From: Patescibacteria group bacterium
Lineage (GTDB): Bacteria; Patescibacteriota; Microgenomatia; UBA1400; UBA1449
Length of the DNA: 64,000 nucleotides
Direction of reading: 5' to 3'
Assembly: GCA_050942955.1 (NCBI GenBank)
Contig: JBMNOG010000004.1
Span: 4,431 to 68,430 of the forward strand
The notes under the pieces were generated by a model. That model saw only the letters and a list, made by a program, of their open reading frames with translations. It searched no databases and was not told the DNA's origin. The position numbers and the translations under genes are program-made. Shown piece after piece: positions 49,989 to 59,639 of the stretch (the first letter of the stretch is position 1; each line of letters starts with the position of its first letter).

Positions 49989-50132
49989 TCATCTCCTCGA
50001 GCCGTTCCGGCGGCCTTTGTTCCTCTGTCGCTTTCTGCGACACGAAGAACAGAGTCCATCTTTCCCTACAGGAAAGAGGCTGCGGCCACAGTCACGGCAG
50101 GATTTCGGTTGAGACTTCTTTGTCTCCTGCAT
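49989..50132 (-). CDS. 47-aa C4 zinc-finger microprotein with Arg-rich tail
   Basis: AGGAGG SD; MQETKKSQPKSCRDCGRSLFPVGKDGLCSSCRRKRQRNKGRRNGSRR. Confidence 0.75.
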   Translation of the reverse strand: MQETKKSQPKSCRDCGRSLFPVGKDGLCSSCRRKRQRNKGRRNGSRR

Positions 50133-50245
50133 GACACCCTCCTGTGGCAGTACAAAGTAAATGTGTCACTCTGGGGAGAGGGCGACTCCCCGCAGAGTTG
50201 GCAAGTGGAGAATCTCTCTTAGCATCTTTTCCCTCAATCTATAGG

Positions 50246-50416
50246 TTAGGCTTTCGCGGCAACCAATGCATCCTGGCGGCAACTAGCCTGGTTCTTCTGT
50301 GCACTCTTGATGCACTGCATGCAAACTATTGAATTCGGAGAGAACTGATTTGGGCACGACCCCTTACACCAATAAGGTCGCTTCACTTCCTTCGCCACTA
50401 CCGTCTTTTCCGTCAC
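50246..50416 (-). CDS. 56-aa Cys-rich microprotein
   Basis: GGAGG SD, GTG start; MTEKTVVAKEVKRPYWCKGSCPNQFSPNSIVCMQCIKSAQKNQASCRQDALVAAKA. Confidence 0.7.
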   Translation of the reverse strand: MTEKTVVAKEVKRPYWCKGSCPNQFSPNSIVCMQCIKSAQKNQASCRQDALVAAKA

Positions 50417-50877
50417 GTTATCCTCCAGTTAAGTGGGGATTGAAGTGCACCGATGCCGCTTCTCTGCTTTCGCCCTGTGACGCAGATGCCAAAATACAGG
50501 CAAACTTTGTCAAAGCAAAGATGCGGAGAGGCAAAGGACAATTAAAAGATATCCTCTCCCTTTCCGCAGCTTTGCAGGCAAAAGCAAAATAAATTGCAAT
50601 GACTTGTTAACGTGCAGTAAGGTACAAAAAGGTGCCAAAAAACAGGCTGCGCTTTAGCCTGGTTTTGTTTTCTATGTACAACAAAATCCGCCTGTTTTTC
50701 CAAGCGAATTAAGCAATTACATTATAAAATACTTTTTTTCTCGAGGAAATATTCAGTTTATACTTTTATAACAACAATATTAATGAAATATGTTCCAATA
50801 CGTGCTTTCTACTTGCAGGAAAACCTTGGTTTAGCGTAATATAAATTAAGCCCTTTTAGTAGCCCAAAATCTGCCCT

Positions 50878-53202
50878 ATGTCATACACCTTACCCCTTCA
50901 TACCATCACCAAGGAAGATACCCATCTCATCGGGACAAAAGCGGCCAGTTTGGGTGAACTTATTCGTTTCCACGTTAATGTTCCTGAAGGTTTTGTGGTA
51001 ACCACACAAGCGATGGAGTTCTTCCTCAAAGAAAATAATCTTAAAGAAAAAGTAGAACAGGAATTGACACTTCTTGACAGAGACAACCCCGAAAGTTTGA
51101 AAAAGACCAGCTACAGAATAAAGCAGATCGTTCTCTCTACTCCTTTCCCAAAGGAACTAATTAATGAGATTTTTGACGCGTACGAAGATTTAGGAGGAGT
51201 TATTGCTAATCCTGAAGTAGCTATCCGCACCTCACTCACCACAGATACGCCTTCAAGTGGCGAGCACTCTCTGTTTTTAAATATTAAAGGCGAGGCTACT
51301 GTAGGCCAACTAGTAAAAGAAGTCTGGGCTTCACAGTTTAATCCTTACAGATTGCAAAAACTGGAAGATCTGTTTAATCAACATATTGCTGTTGTAGTCC
51401 AGAAAATGCTCACTGCTGAGACCTCCGGATTTATTCATACTTTAGATAGTAGATCAAACAATAAACGCGTATTTGTTATTGAAGCTATCTGGGGAACCGG
51501 AGAGTATCTTGTTCAGCATAAAGTCGAACCTGACCGCTACACCGTCAACAAAGATACTCTGGAAATTGTTACAAAGAACATAAAAGCACAGGAAATACAG
51601 CTTATAAAAACCGGTGAGGCTATCAAGGAAAAATATGTTCCTTCAGCTAAGCAGGAACAGCAAAAATTAACTGATGGAAAGATAAAAGAGCTGGCTGAGA
51701 TCGGAAAGAAACTCCAAAAACTTCATTTTTACCCTCAGACAGCTGAATGGGTAGTTGCAAAAAACAAGATTTATATTGTTCAGCTTCAACAGCTTCTTGA
51801 AACAGATAGTAAGGATACTATCCTGGTTAAAAATGAACCCCCGGCTTTAGTACAGCCTACATCGTACAGCTTACCCGTTCTTCTGGAAGGCGTGGGAGTT
51901 AGTCCGGGTGTAGTTTCTGGTACCGTTCAACTTATCGATAACCCTCAGGACATAAATCTTGTTGATAGCAAAGACATTGTAGTTATTAAAGAACTAACAC
52001 CTGAATTTTTCCCTATCGTAAGACAAAGTAAGGGCCTTATTACTGAAAAAGATAGTATCGGTTCACCGGCCGCACTTCTTGCCAGAGAATTGGGTATTGC
52101 CGCCATTGTCGGAGTTGATAATGCCACAACAACCCTAAAACCTAACCAACTGATTACTATCGATGGCGAAGGCGGATTTATCTACGAAGGTAAACCCAAC
52201 CTTTCAAGCAAACATATTTCCTACTCTCGTGATGAGTTTAAGGCTTCAACCCCACAGGTTCCGCAGCCTTCTCACCCGCCTGCAAGAAAAGGAAACATTA
52301 AGAAACCTCGTCTGAAAACCGCAGCCCGCATTTTGGTTGATTTACCTTCTGGGGGAGATCCAAAATCGATTAAAGATGTTCCGGCTGATGGTGTTGCCCT
52401 AATTCGGGGAGAGTATGTTTTTTCCCAACTTGGTATCCATCCCAAAAAGCTTGTTGCCGACGGTAAAACTAGCACAGTTGTTTCTGCACTAAGAACTACT
52501 CTTGAGGATATTATCAGGGTTTTCCCAAAAAATGATGTCTATTATCGTTTTTCTGATATGCAGAACACACACTTTACAAAAACTGCAGGTGGCAAAGACT
52601 ATGAGATAGACGAAGCTAATTCCTTACTTGGTTTTAGGGGTAGTTTCCGACATCTTTATCACAAGGAAATACTTGAGGCTGAGATTGAGGCTGTCAAGAA
52701 AGTCAGAGAAAACTTCACAAACCTCCATGTCGTAATTCCATTAGTTAGGTCATTGAAAGAATTTGAAGAAATTAAAGCGTTTCTTGCAGACCATGGTCTC
52801 AAGTCTACATCCACTCTTGAAGTCTGGTTATGCGCCTCTACTCCGGCTAACTTAATTCTAACTCCTCAGCTCACAAACCTTGGAGTTGACGGATTTATGG
52901 TTGATCTTAATGAATTGGCATGCCTTACTTTAGGGGTAGATTCAGGTAATACTGAAGTTCTTCCTTTATTTAACGAAATTGATCAGTCTGTTATTTGGCT
53001 TCTTGAGCATTCTGTGCGCTACAACCAACGTCAGGAAAAACCTACGGTAATCTGTGGCAAGGCTTGCGGCCAATACCCTCATTTTGTTGATAAAATGGTC
53101 AAAGCCGGGGCTTGGGGTTTTGCTGTTCCACCTGATTTAGTCGAAGCCGCCAGAAGATATACCGCTTCTGCTGAGTTAAAATTGCTTGACATAACCGGTT
53201 AA
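50878..53202 (+). CDS. PEP synthase (PpsA)-like protein with degenerate catalytic motifs
   Basis: Three-domain PpsA layout (GTKAASLGEL, VVVQKM, EANSLLGFRG), but SPAALLARELG in place of SHAAIxARELG. Confidence 0.8.
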   Translation: MSYTLPLHTITKEDTHLIGTKAASLGELIRFHVNVPEGFVVTTQAMEFFLKENNLKEKVEQELTLLDRDNPESLKKTSYRIKQIVLSTPFPKELINEIFDAYEDLGGVIANPEVAIRTSLTTDTPSSGEHSLFLNIKGEATVGQLVKEVWASQFNPYRLQKLEDLFNQHIAVVVQKMLTAETSGFIHTLDSRSNNKRVFVIEAIWGTGEYLVQHKVEPDRYTVNKDTLEIVTKNIKAQEIQLIKTGEAIKEKYVPSAKQEQQKLTDGKIKELAEIGKKLQKLHFYPQTAEWVVAKNKIYIVQLQQLLETDSKDTILVKNEPPALVQPTSYSLPVLLEGVGVSPGVVSGTVQLIDNPQDINLVDSKDIVVIKELTPEFFPIVRQSKGLITEKDSIGSPAALLARELGIAAIVGVDNATTTLKPNQLITIDGEGGFIYEGKPNLSSKHISYSRDEFKASTPQVPQPSHPPARKGNIKKPRLKTAARILVDLPSGGDPKSIKDVPADGVALIRGEYVFSQLGIHPKKLVADGKTSTVVSALRTTLEDIIRVFPKNDVYYRFSDMQNTHFTKTAGGKDYEIDEANSLLGFRGSFRHLYHKEILEAEIEAVKKVRENFTNLHVVIPLVRSLKEFEEIKAFLADHGLKSTSTLEVWLCASTPANLILTPQLTNLGVDGFMVDLNELACLTLGVDSGNTEVLPLFNEIDQSVIWLLEHSVRYNQRQEKPTVICGKACGQYPHFVDKMVKAGAWGFAVPPDLVEAARRYTASAELKLLDITG

Positions 53203-53334
53203 GCACCTATTTTGTTAAGCTCCTCTTGGCAAAATTTATCTCAGGTGTAAAATTGACAGTGAAACTGCTTTGTGCGTATTTGGTAAGTAATTTTATTAAA
53301 CTTGGAACAAAAGCTTTTTGTTTCATTTATGCGT

Positions 53335-54591
53335 ATGAAAATCTCCCAAATTTTTGCAAGAGAAATTCTCGACTCCCGCGGTTATCCTACGGTTGAGACG
53401 GTAGTAGGGCTGGAAAACGGCATGTACGCAGTATCATCTGTTCCATCGGGTGCCTCAACCGGCACCCATGAAGCTGTGGAACTGCGCGACAACGACCCTC
53501 AGCGCTTTATGGGAAAAGGCGTGCTTCAGGCTGTAGCCAACGTCAACACTGTTATTGCGCCGGTTCTCATCGGAGCTGACGTAACCGAACAGGAAATTCT
53601 TGATAAAAAGATGCTCGAGCTTGACGGTACAGTCAATAAAGGCAGGCTTGGAGCTAACGCTATTCTTTCTATTTCTGAGGCGTTGCTAAAACTAGCTGCT
53701 CAGGCTTCAGGAAAAGCTTTGTACCAATATGTCTACGAAATGTACGGGCTAACCAAAAAGTTTGTCATGCCCCAACCTACACTAAACGTCATTAATGGCG
53801 GTAAACACGGTAACGGTAAACTTGAATTTCAGGAGTTTCATATCCTACCACACACGCAGCAAACATTTGTGGAAATGATGCGTATGGGGACTGAAGTGTA
53901 CCTGAATCTTCAGAAACTCATGAAGGAAAACGGCATCTTCCAAGGTGTTGGCGACGAAGGCGGCTTTACCGGCAATTTCAGAAGCAATAAAGAGGGTTTA
54001 GATTACCTGGAAATGGCTATTGAAAAAACTGGCTATGAACTGAATAAAGATGTTAAGGTAGGCTTAGACTCTGCCGCTACCGAGTTTTACGGTGAAGACG
54101 GCAAGTATCATATTAGCGACAAATCCTTCCCCTTAACCCGCGAGGATATGATTGCTTACTACCAGGAATTGTCTGAGAAGTTCAACTTTGGCTATCTTGA
54201 AGACGGTCTGGCAGAAGATGACTGGGAAGGCTGGCAGAAACTGACTAAAGCATTTTCCGGCACTCAAACAGCTATCATTGGTGATGATCTGCTTACCACT
54301 AATCCAAGTCGTGTTGAGAAAGCTATTGAGCTAAAAGCCTGCAATGCAGTCTTGGTTAAACCTAACCAGATCGGCTCAGTTACCGAGGTAATCGATGTGG
54401 TTACCAAAGCCAAGAAAGCCGGCTGGAAGATAGTCCTGTCTCATAGAAGTGGTGAAACCAATGACACTTTTGTTTCTGATTTTGCTGTCGGAGTCGGAGC
54501 TGATATTGTGAAGTTCGGGGCTCCGGCTAGAGGTGAGAGAATTGCCAAGTATAACAGGTTAATGGAGATTGAGCAGGAGCTGAAGAAGTAA
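53335..54591 (+). CDS. eno: Enolase
   Basis: REILDSRG, VPSGASTG, GDEGGF, SHRSGET. Confidence 0.97.
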   Translation: MKISQIFAREILDSRGYPTVETVVGLENGMYAVSSVPSGASTGTHEAVELRDNDPQRFMGKGVLQAVANVNTVIAPVLIGADVTEQEILDKKMLELDGTVNKGRLGANAILSISEALLKLAAQASGKALYQYVYEMYGLTKKFVMPQPTLNVINGGKHGNGKLEFQEFHILPHTQQTFVEMMRMGTEVYLNLQKLMKENGIFQGVGDEGGFTGNFRSNKEGLDYLEMAIEKTGYELNKDVKVGLDSAATEFYGEDGKYHISDKSFPLTREDMIAYYQELSEKFNFGYLEDGLAEDDWEGWQKLTKAFSGTQTAIIGDDLLTTNPSRVEKAIELKACNAVLVKPNQIGSVTEVIDVVTKAKKAGWKIVLSHRSGETNDTFVSDFAVGVGADIVKFGAPARGERIAKYNRLMEIEQELKK

Positions 54592-54621
54592 ACATACCCT
54601 TACCTTCTAAAGATATACATG

Positions 54622-54652
54622 AAACAGGGGCGTAACAGCCCCTGTTTTTTTT
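54622..54652. terminator. Rho-independent terminator between convergent eno and uvrA
   Basis: AAACAGGGGC-gtaaca-GCCCCTGTTT followed by a T tract. Confidence 0.8.
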
Positions 54653-54671
54653 ACAGCTTAAACTAGGAAAT

Positions 54672-57593
54672 CTACAATACGTCTTTCAAAAACTTCCCTG
54701 TCCAGGAGTGTCCTGCTTTGGCAATATCTTCAGGCGTGCCCTCAGCAATAATTTCTCCACCCTCATCTCCACCTTCTGGTCCCATATCAATGATCCAGTC
54801 GGCATTTTTAACAAGATCCAGATTATGCTCAATAACAATAATGGTATTACCCTTTTCAACCAGTTTTTTAAGGACAATTAAAAGTTTTTCGAGATCAGCA
54901 AAGTGGAGTCCGGTTGTGGGCTCGTCAAGCAAATAGACTGTCTGGGTACTGCTGGTTTTAGACAGTTCTGCCGCTAGTTTAATACGCTGGGCTTCTCCTC
55001 CGGAGAGAGTTGGTGCCGGCTGGCCGAGCTTGATGTACCCCAAGCCTACATCGTAAAGTGTCTGAAGTTTGCCATGAATAGCGCTGTGGTTTTTGAAAAA
55101 CTCTAGAGCTTCCTCAACCGTCATTCCCAAAACGTCAGCAATATTCTTACCCTTGTAATGAACCTGAAGAGTTTCGTAGTTGTAGCGAAGACCTCCACAG
55201 ACCTCACAGTCGACATAAACGTCAGGTAAAAACTGCATCTCAATTTTTATCTGCCCTTCTCCCTGGCACGCTTCACATCTACCACCCCTGACGTTAAACG
55301 AGAACCTGCCTGGCTTATAGCCACGCATTTTCGCTTCTGCAGTTTGGGAGAACAAAAACCTGATGTGGTCAAACGCTTTGGTATAGGTAGCCGGATTCGA
55401 GCGGGGAGTTCGGCCAATGGGTGATTGGTCGATTAGAGCTACTCGTTTAACATTTTCAATACCCTTCAAATCTTTGTAGTTGCCACCTACCTCTTTATGC
55501 CTGAAGTTAAGCTGAGAAGCCAAAGCATGGTAGAGAGTATCGTCAATGAGAGTGGATTTGCCTGAGCCCGAAACTCCGGTAATAACAATGAATTTGTTAA
55601 GAGGAAACTTGACTGAGATATTCTTGAGGTTATTTTCTTTGCAACCCACAATTTCCAAGGCATTGTCTACTTCCCCGTTTTTATGACCGGTAACTCTGAT
55701 CTTCTTCTCCCCAGAAAGGTACTTGCCAGTCAAAGAATTAGTGTTTTTTGAAACTTCCTCAGGAGTACCAAAGGCAACTACTTTTCCTCCAGCCTCTCCG
55801 GCCAGAGGCCCAAAGTCAATAAGCCAATCAGCTTCTTTCATTGTCTCCATGTCATGCTCAACAACTATAACAGTGTTGCCAAGTTCCCGCAGATGCTTGA
55901 GAGTTTCAATAAGCTTCTTGTTATCTCTTTGGTGGAGTCCGATGGAGGGTTCATCCAATACATATAAAACCCCCGACAGACCGGAACCAATCTGGGAAGC
56001 TAACCGAATTCTCTGAGCTTCACCGCCAGCTAACGTTCCGGCTGAACGGGCTAAGTTAAGGTAATCCAAACCGACTGACACCAAAAAACCTAGCCTTGAT
56101 TCAAGTTCTTTCAGAATAGGTGCGGCAATCACAGTTTCTTTCTGGGATAAAACCGGAGACTTCAAGCTCTTGACCCAAGCTAAACTTTCTTTGATCGGCA
56201 TCTCAGCCACTTCCACGATACTCTTTTTGTCAATAACCACTGCTAAAGCTTCAGGCTTTAGCCTTGAGCCCAAACAGTCCGGACAGGTTTCTTTGCGCAT
56301 AAAGCGCTCAATCTCGCTACGCATAAAATCTGACTTAGTTTCTCTGTGCCTTCTCTCGAGGTTGGGGATCACTCCTTCAAACCTATAGTCCACAGTGTAG
56401 TGCCTGCCCTGGGCATTCGTTCCCGAAACTTCATAGAGCTCGTTGCCTGTACCATACATAATGAGGTTTAGGTCTTCTTCTTTCATTTCTCCAATTGGAG
56501 TTCTTAGAGAAAACCCTTTTTTCTTAGCAACCGCCGACATGATGTTGAAAAACCAGGAACTATTCTCGACAGCCCTATTGAAGGGTAAAATACCCCCTTC
56601 AGTAATACTGAGCTTAGGGTTAATAACAAGGTTTTTGTCAATTTTAAGAAGTGTACCGATACCACTGCAAGTTTCACAAGCTCCGTGAGGGGTATTGAAA
56701 GAAAATATTCTCGGCTCAATCTCAGGAAGAGTTAAGTTACAGTTAGGACAGGCAAACCTCTCGGAAAAGAGGTGGTCTTCAAACTTCTTGGGTTTGTCAG
56801 GAAAGCTAAAACTCTCATCACCAATAAAACTAGCAACAGTGAGCCCATCCGAAAGTTTTAAGGCAGTTTCCAGTGATTCAACCAAGCGGGTTCTCAATTC
56901 CTGAGGATTTTTGAGTTCATCAGGGGCAATCATAACCCGGTCAACCACAGCTTCAATAGTGTGCTTATTATTCTTCAAGAGGCTTATATCCTCATCCAAA
57001 TTAATCACATGACCATCTATCCTCACCCGCTGGTAGCCTTTTTGTTTAAGCGAGTCCAGTAAACTCTGGAACTCGCCTTTTCTACCTCTTACCACCGGGG
57101 AAAGGATCATGAGTCTTATCCTCGCTTTTTTAACCAGCGGATCAGCTGCCTTTTGTTTAGCCAGCTCAAGGACTTGATTATAGATCTGATCTACCGACTG
57201 TTGGGCAATCTCAATGCCGCAGTTAGGACAATGAGGGTGGCCGATTCGGGCAAATAGAAGCCGTAAGTAGTCATAAATTTCCGTAATAGTTCCAACTGTT
57301 GATCTGGGATTGTGGGAAACGGTTTTCTGGTCAATGGAAATAGCGGGCGAAAGACCTTCAATAAGTTCCACATCCGGCTTCTTCATTACGCCCAAAAATT
57401 GCCTGGCATATGAAGACAAACTTTCTACATACCGTCTCTGACCCTCAGCATAGAGCGTATCAAAGGCAAACGAGCTTTTGCCGCTTCCTGAAAGTCCGGT
57501 TAAAACCACCAGTTTGTTCTTAGGGATTGTTACATCAATACCTTTTAGATTATGTTCTTTTGCACCCTTAACTGTAATTTGGTCTTGTGCCAT
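54672..57593 (-). CDS. uvrA: Excinuclease ABC subunit A
   Basis: GAKEHNLK, GLSGSGKSS, two ABC domains, Zn fingers. Confidence 0.97.
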   Translation of the reverse strand: MAQDQITVKGAKEHNLKGIDVTIPKNKLVVLTGLSGSGKSSFAFDTLYAEGQRRYVESLSSYARQFLGVMKKPDVELIEGLSPAISIDQKTVSHNPRSTVGTITEIYDYLRLLFARIGHPHCPNCGIEIAQQSVDQIYNQVLELAKQKAADPLVKKARIRLMILSPVVRGRKGEFQSLLDSLKQKGYQRVRIDGHVINLDEDISLLKNNKHTIEAVVDRVMIAPDELKNPQELRTRLVESLETALKLSDGLTVASFIGDESFSFPDKPKKFEDHLFSERFACPNCNLTLPEIEPRIFSFNTPHGACETCSGIGTLLKIDKNLVINPKLSITEGGILPFNRAVENSSWFFNIMSAVAKKKGFSLRTPIGEMKEEDLNLIMYGTGNELYEVSGTNAQGRHYTVDYRFEGVIPNLERRHRETKSDFMRSEIERFMRKETCPDCLGSRLKPEALAVVIDKKSIVEVAEMPIKESLAWVKSLKSPVLSQKETVIAAPILKELESRLGFLVSVGLDYLNLARSAGTLAGGEAQRIRLASQIGSGLSGVLYVLDEPSIGLHQRDNKKLIETLKHLRELGNTVIVVEHDMETMKEADWLIDFGPLAGEAGGKVVAFGTPEEVSKNTNSLTGKYLSGEKKIRVTGHKNGEVDNALEIVGCKENNLKNISVKFPLNKFIVITGVSGSGKSTLIDDTLYHALASQLNFRHKEVGGNYKDLKGIENVKRVALIDQSPIGRTPRSNPATYTKAFDHIRFLFSQTAEAKMRGYKPGRFSFNVRGGRCEACQGEGQIKIEMQFLPDVYVDCEVCGGLRYNYETLQVHYKGKNIADVLGMTVEEALEFFKNHSAIHGKLQTLYDVGLGYIKLGQPAPTLSGGEAQRIKLAAELSKTSSTQTVYLLDEPTTGLHFADLEKLLIVLKKLVEKGNTIIVIEHNLDLVKNADWIIDMGPEGGDEGGEIIAEGTPEDIAKAGHSWTGKFLKDVL

Positions 57594-57763
57594 AAGTCTC
57601 CTTTTGTGATTCGAGCCACATATTGTAGCTGAAATATAAGGAAAATGGAAGCGTATTAAACAGGAAAAAGACTTGGGCAACCAAGAAGTAAGTACAGCAA
57701 ATAATAATTTTAAAAAACAGTGCGAATACTGCAAGATTATTTTTGGTTCTTACTGTGGTTGCT

Positions 57764-58076
57764 GCTATCCTGTTTGGAAGGCAGGGTGGCCTGTCAAAGC
57801 ATGCCAGGCCACCCCCCGGCACTAGAAGAGAGATTGCTGCTAGCCAGCAGCTTCCGGTTGTTGTTCTCTCTCTTTAATACGCCTGATCTTGCGGCGCAGC
57901 TCGTGTTGCTGCGACCGCAGCCCGTTGATTTCCTCCTGAATCCCAAGTTGTTGGATAGTTGATTTACCATCCATTGACTGGGAGAGGCTGTCAATTTGCC
58001 TCTCAAGTTTTGAGACCAGTTTCACGAACTCTTGCTTCCGGCTCATTTCAGCCCTCCATAAAACTGTTAGAATAGC
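57764..58076 (-). repeat. Cassette 8: degenerate boxA plus bulged long-range pairing
   Basis: Minus strand GCTATTCT[AACA]GTTT[TA]TGGAGG (58076-58053) pairs with CCTTCCAAACAGGATAGC (57781-57764); TATAAT at 58115-58110. Confidence 0.6.
57840..58046 (-). CDS. 68-aa coiled-coil protein (cassette 8 cargo)
   Basis: GGAGG SD then ATG (MSRKQEF...). Confidence 0.65.
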   Translation of the reverse strand: MSRKQEFVKLVSKLERQIDSLSQSMDGKSTIQQLGIQEEINGLRSQQHELRRKIRRIKEREQQPEAAG

Positions 58077-58271
58077 TTCCACGTCTTCAGCTTTAAAAGC
58101 TGTGCTGGGATTATACAAAAGTATAGTACTAATGTAAATATTATGGGATAAATAGGAGGAGAATAATAGAGGAAACTGCTGGAAGGGGTGCTTGCTTGCG
58201 CTTTAGAAACGTCGCATTGACGTTTAAGCGGTGGGCAAGACTCCCCTTCCAGCCGGATCTTCCAGCAAACA

Positions 58272-58679
58272 CTAAGCTACCGAGAAACCCAAACCGGATG
58301 CTTCTTTGAGGTAGCTATCAATTCGACACTTGACCTGTCCAGACATGAGTGATAACGAGGACACCGTGTCGCCATAGTACACAAGAGCTGCCGCAACAAC
58401 CATACTCGGGGTTTCTGGATCAACGACCCGGAGGAGAAATGCCCCACCTCGCTGGACAGAGTTGACAAAATGAAACCTTAGAGCCGGATCAAGCCCGTTT
58501 TGGTTTGCGGCAATGATGCCATTTGCCTCAAGCTCGATTCTCAGACCCGTACGATCGGTCTTGTAGACAACAGTGCACCTGTCCCCAGGCTTTGCCAGAA
58601 GAGCGAAAAGGTCAATATTTTTGCTATTTTTGACAATAACCGGTACGGCACGCCCACATGCATGGACCTCAAAGCTCAT
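58272..58679 (-). CDS. Hypothetical protein (cassette 7 cargo 2)
   Basis: AAGGAG SD; 135 aa. Confidence 0.65.
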   Translation of the reverse strand: MSFEVHACGRAVPVIVKNSKNIDLFALLAKPGDRCTVVYKTDRTGLRIELEANGIIAANQNGLDPALRFHFVNSVQRGGAFLLRVVDPETPSMVVAAALVYYGDTVSSLSLMSGQVKCRIDSYLKEASGLGFSVA

Positions 58680-58715
58680 GATGCTCCTTTAAGCTCTAAC
58701 ATGCTTGGACGACTA

Positions 58716-59072
58716 CTAGATTGCGATTTGAGTCGTTGCCACCTCCGTGAGAACGTTGAGAGAAATCCTATTCAGGATTTCAGGCCAGCGGGATGGATAC
58801 TCTTGTCCACCTTCCCTAAGATGATGAACTAAATATTGCGCATCCGTTAGGCTCCCAAGCCAAGCAAGACGTTGATCGCATCTGGTAATGAGTTTTTCAA
58901 TCGCCAGAGGCAAATCCTCCAATGATTGGAGAATGACCGGGGCAATACCCATTTCAGGGTCATGGAGAACTCTCTCTAGCTCCAGAATGGTTTCCGGGCT
59001 GAAGAGGATCTCCTGCAGGAGTTGCCGCATGTTCTCCAAGCCCTCAATCTCGTGTTCCCGGCAGGATAACAT
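58716..59072 (-). CDS. Hypothetical helical protein (cassette 7 cargo 1)
   Basis: AAGGAG SD; 118 aa. Confidence 0.65.
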   Translation of the reverse strand: MLSCREHEIEGLENMRQLLQEILFSPETILELERVLHDPEMGIAPVILQSLEDLPLAIEKLITRCDQRLAWLGSLTDAQYLVHHLREGGQEYPSRWPEILNRISLNVLTEVATTQIAI

Positions 59073-59345
59073 TGTCTTTTCTCCTTGCTGGAATTCCGAA
59101 ATGTCAAATGTAGCCTAATTGCTACAAGCAAGTATTATACTCTCCTCAGGCAAACACAAATAGATTAACAGGGGTACCTTCTTTATCCTAAGTTCAAAAG
59201 CTCAAGATTAGATAATCTGAGCATACATAGTAGCAGGAATATAGGAGTAAACTGGACGTCTACTTTGCTATCTTCATCTATATGGTATAATATTAAAAAT
59301 GTGTGTAATAAATACGTATAGAAATTCACTCTTTCTTTAGTATTT

Positions 59346-59639
59346 ATGACAAAAATTGAGAGAAGATTAGGACAGAAATCTTTTGATGCCTATCAGGCAA
59401 ACAAATCCAGGTTGATAGGTATTGCAATGACGGTAGCCGAGTTTGACTCGGCAAATGGTGAGATAATATATGATGACAGCCGCTGGACTGGACAATCGAT
59501 ACTCCAATCGCTAAAAGGTTGCGGGTATGATACCGTTTACCAATTTATGAGGCAATTTATAGATATTTTTGGAATGCCAACCCCAAAAGATGATGGGCGG
59601 CTGGTTTGGAGAGTTAATAAAACTTCAGATTTATTTTAA
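59346..59639 (+). CDS. Hypothetical protein
   Basis: 97 aa ORF, TATAAT upstream. Confidence 0.5.
   Translation: MTKIERRLGQKSFDAYQANKSRLIGIAMTVAEFDSANGEIIYDDSRWTGQSILQSLKGCGYDTVYQFMRQFIDIFGMPTPKDDGRLVWRVNKTSDLF

Larger units (their letters stand above)
49612..50615 (-). repeat. Cassette 6: boxA-like motif plus 10-bp perfect long-range inverted repeat around a microprotein operon
   Basis: Minus strand GCACGTTAACAA (50615-50604) directly followed by the arm; plus-strand GTCATTGCAA 49612-49621 / TTGCAATGAC 50594-50603; TATAAT at 50726-50721. Confidence 0.8.
58254..59112 (-). repeat. Cassette 7: boxA-like motif plus long-range inverted repeat around two ORFs
   Basis: TATAAT 59139-59134, hairpin TGTAGC/GCTACA, ACATTTGACAT; plus-strand CGGATCTTCCAGCAA 58254-58268 / TTGCTGGAATTCCG 59085-59098. 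Confidence 0.75.

Noticed and set aside
49875-50592. Plus-strand ORFs in the ORF track (115, 62 and 87 aa)
   Set aside because: No SD or motifs; they are antisense shadows of the minus-strand microprotein operon.
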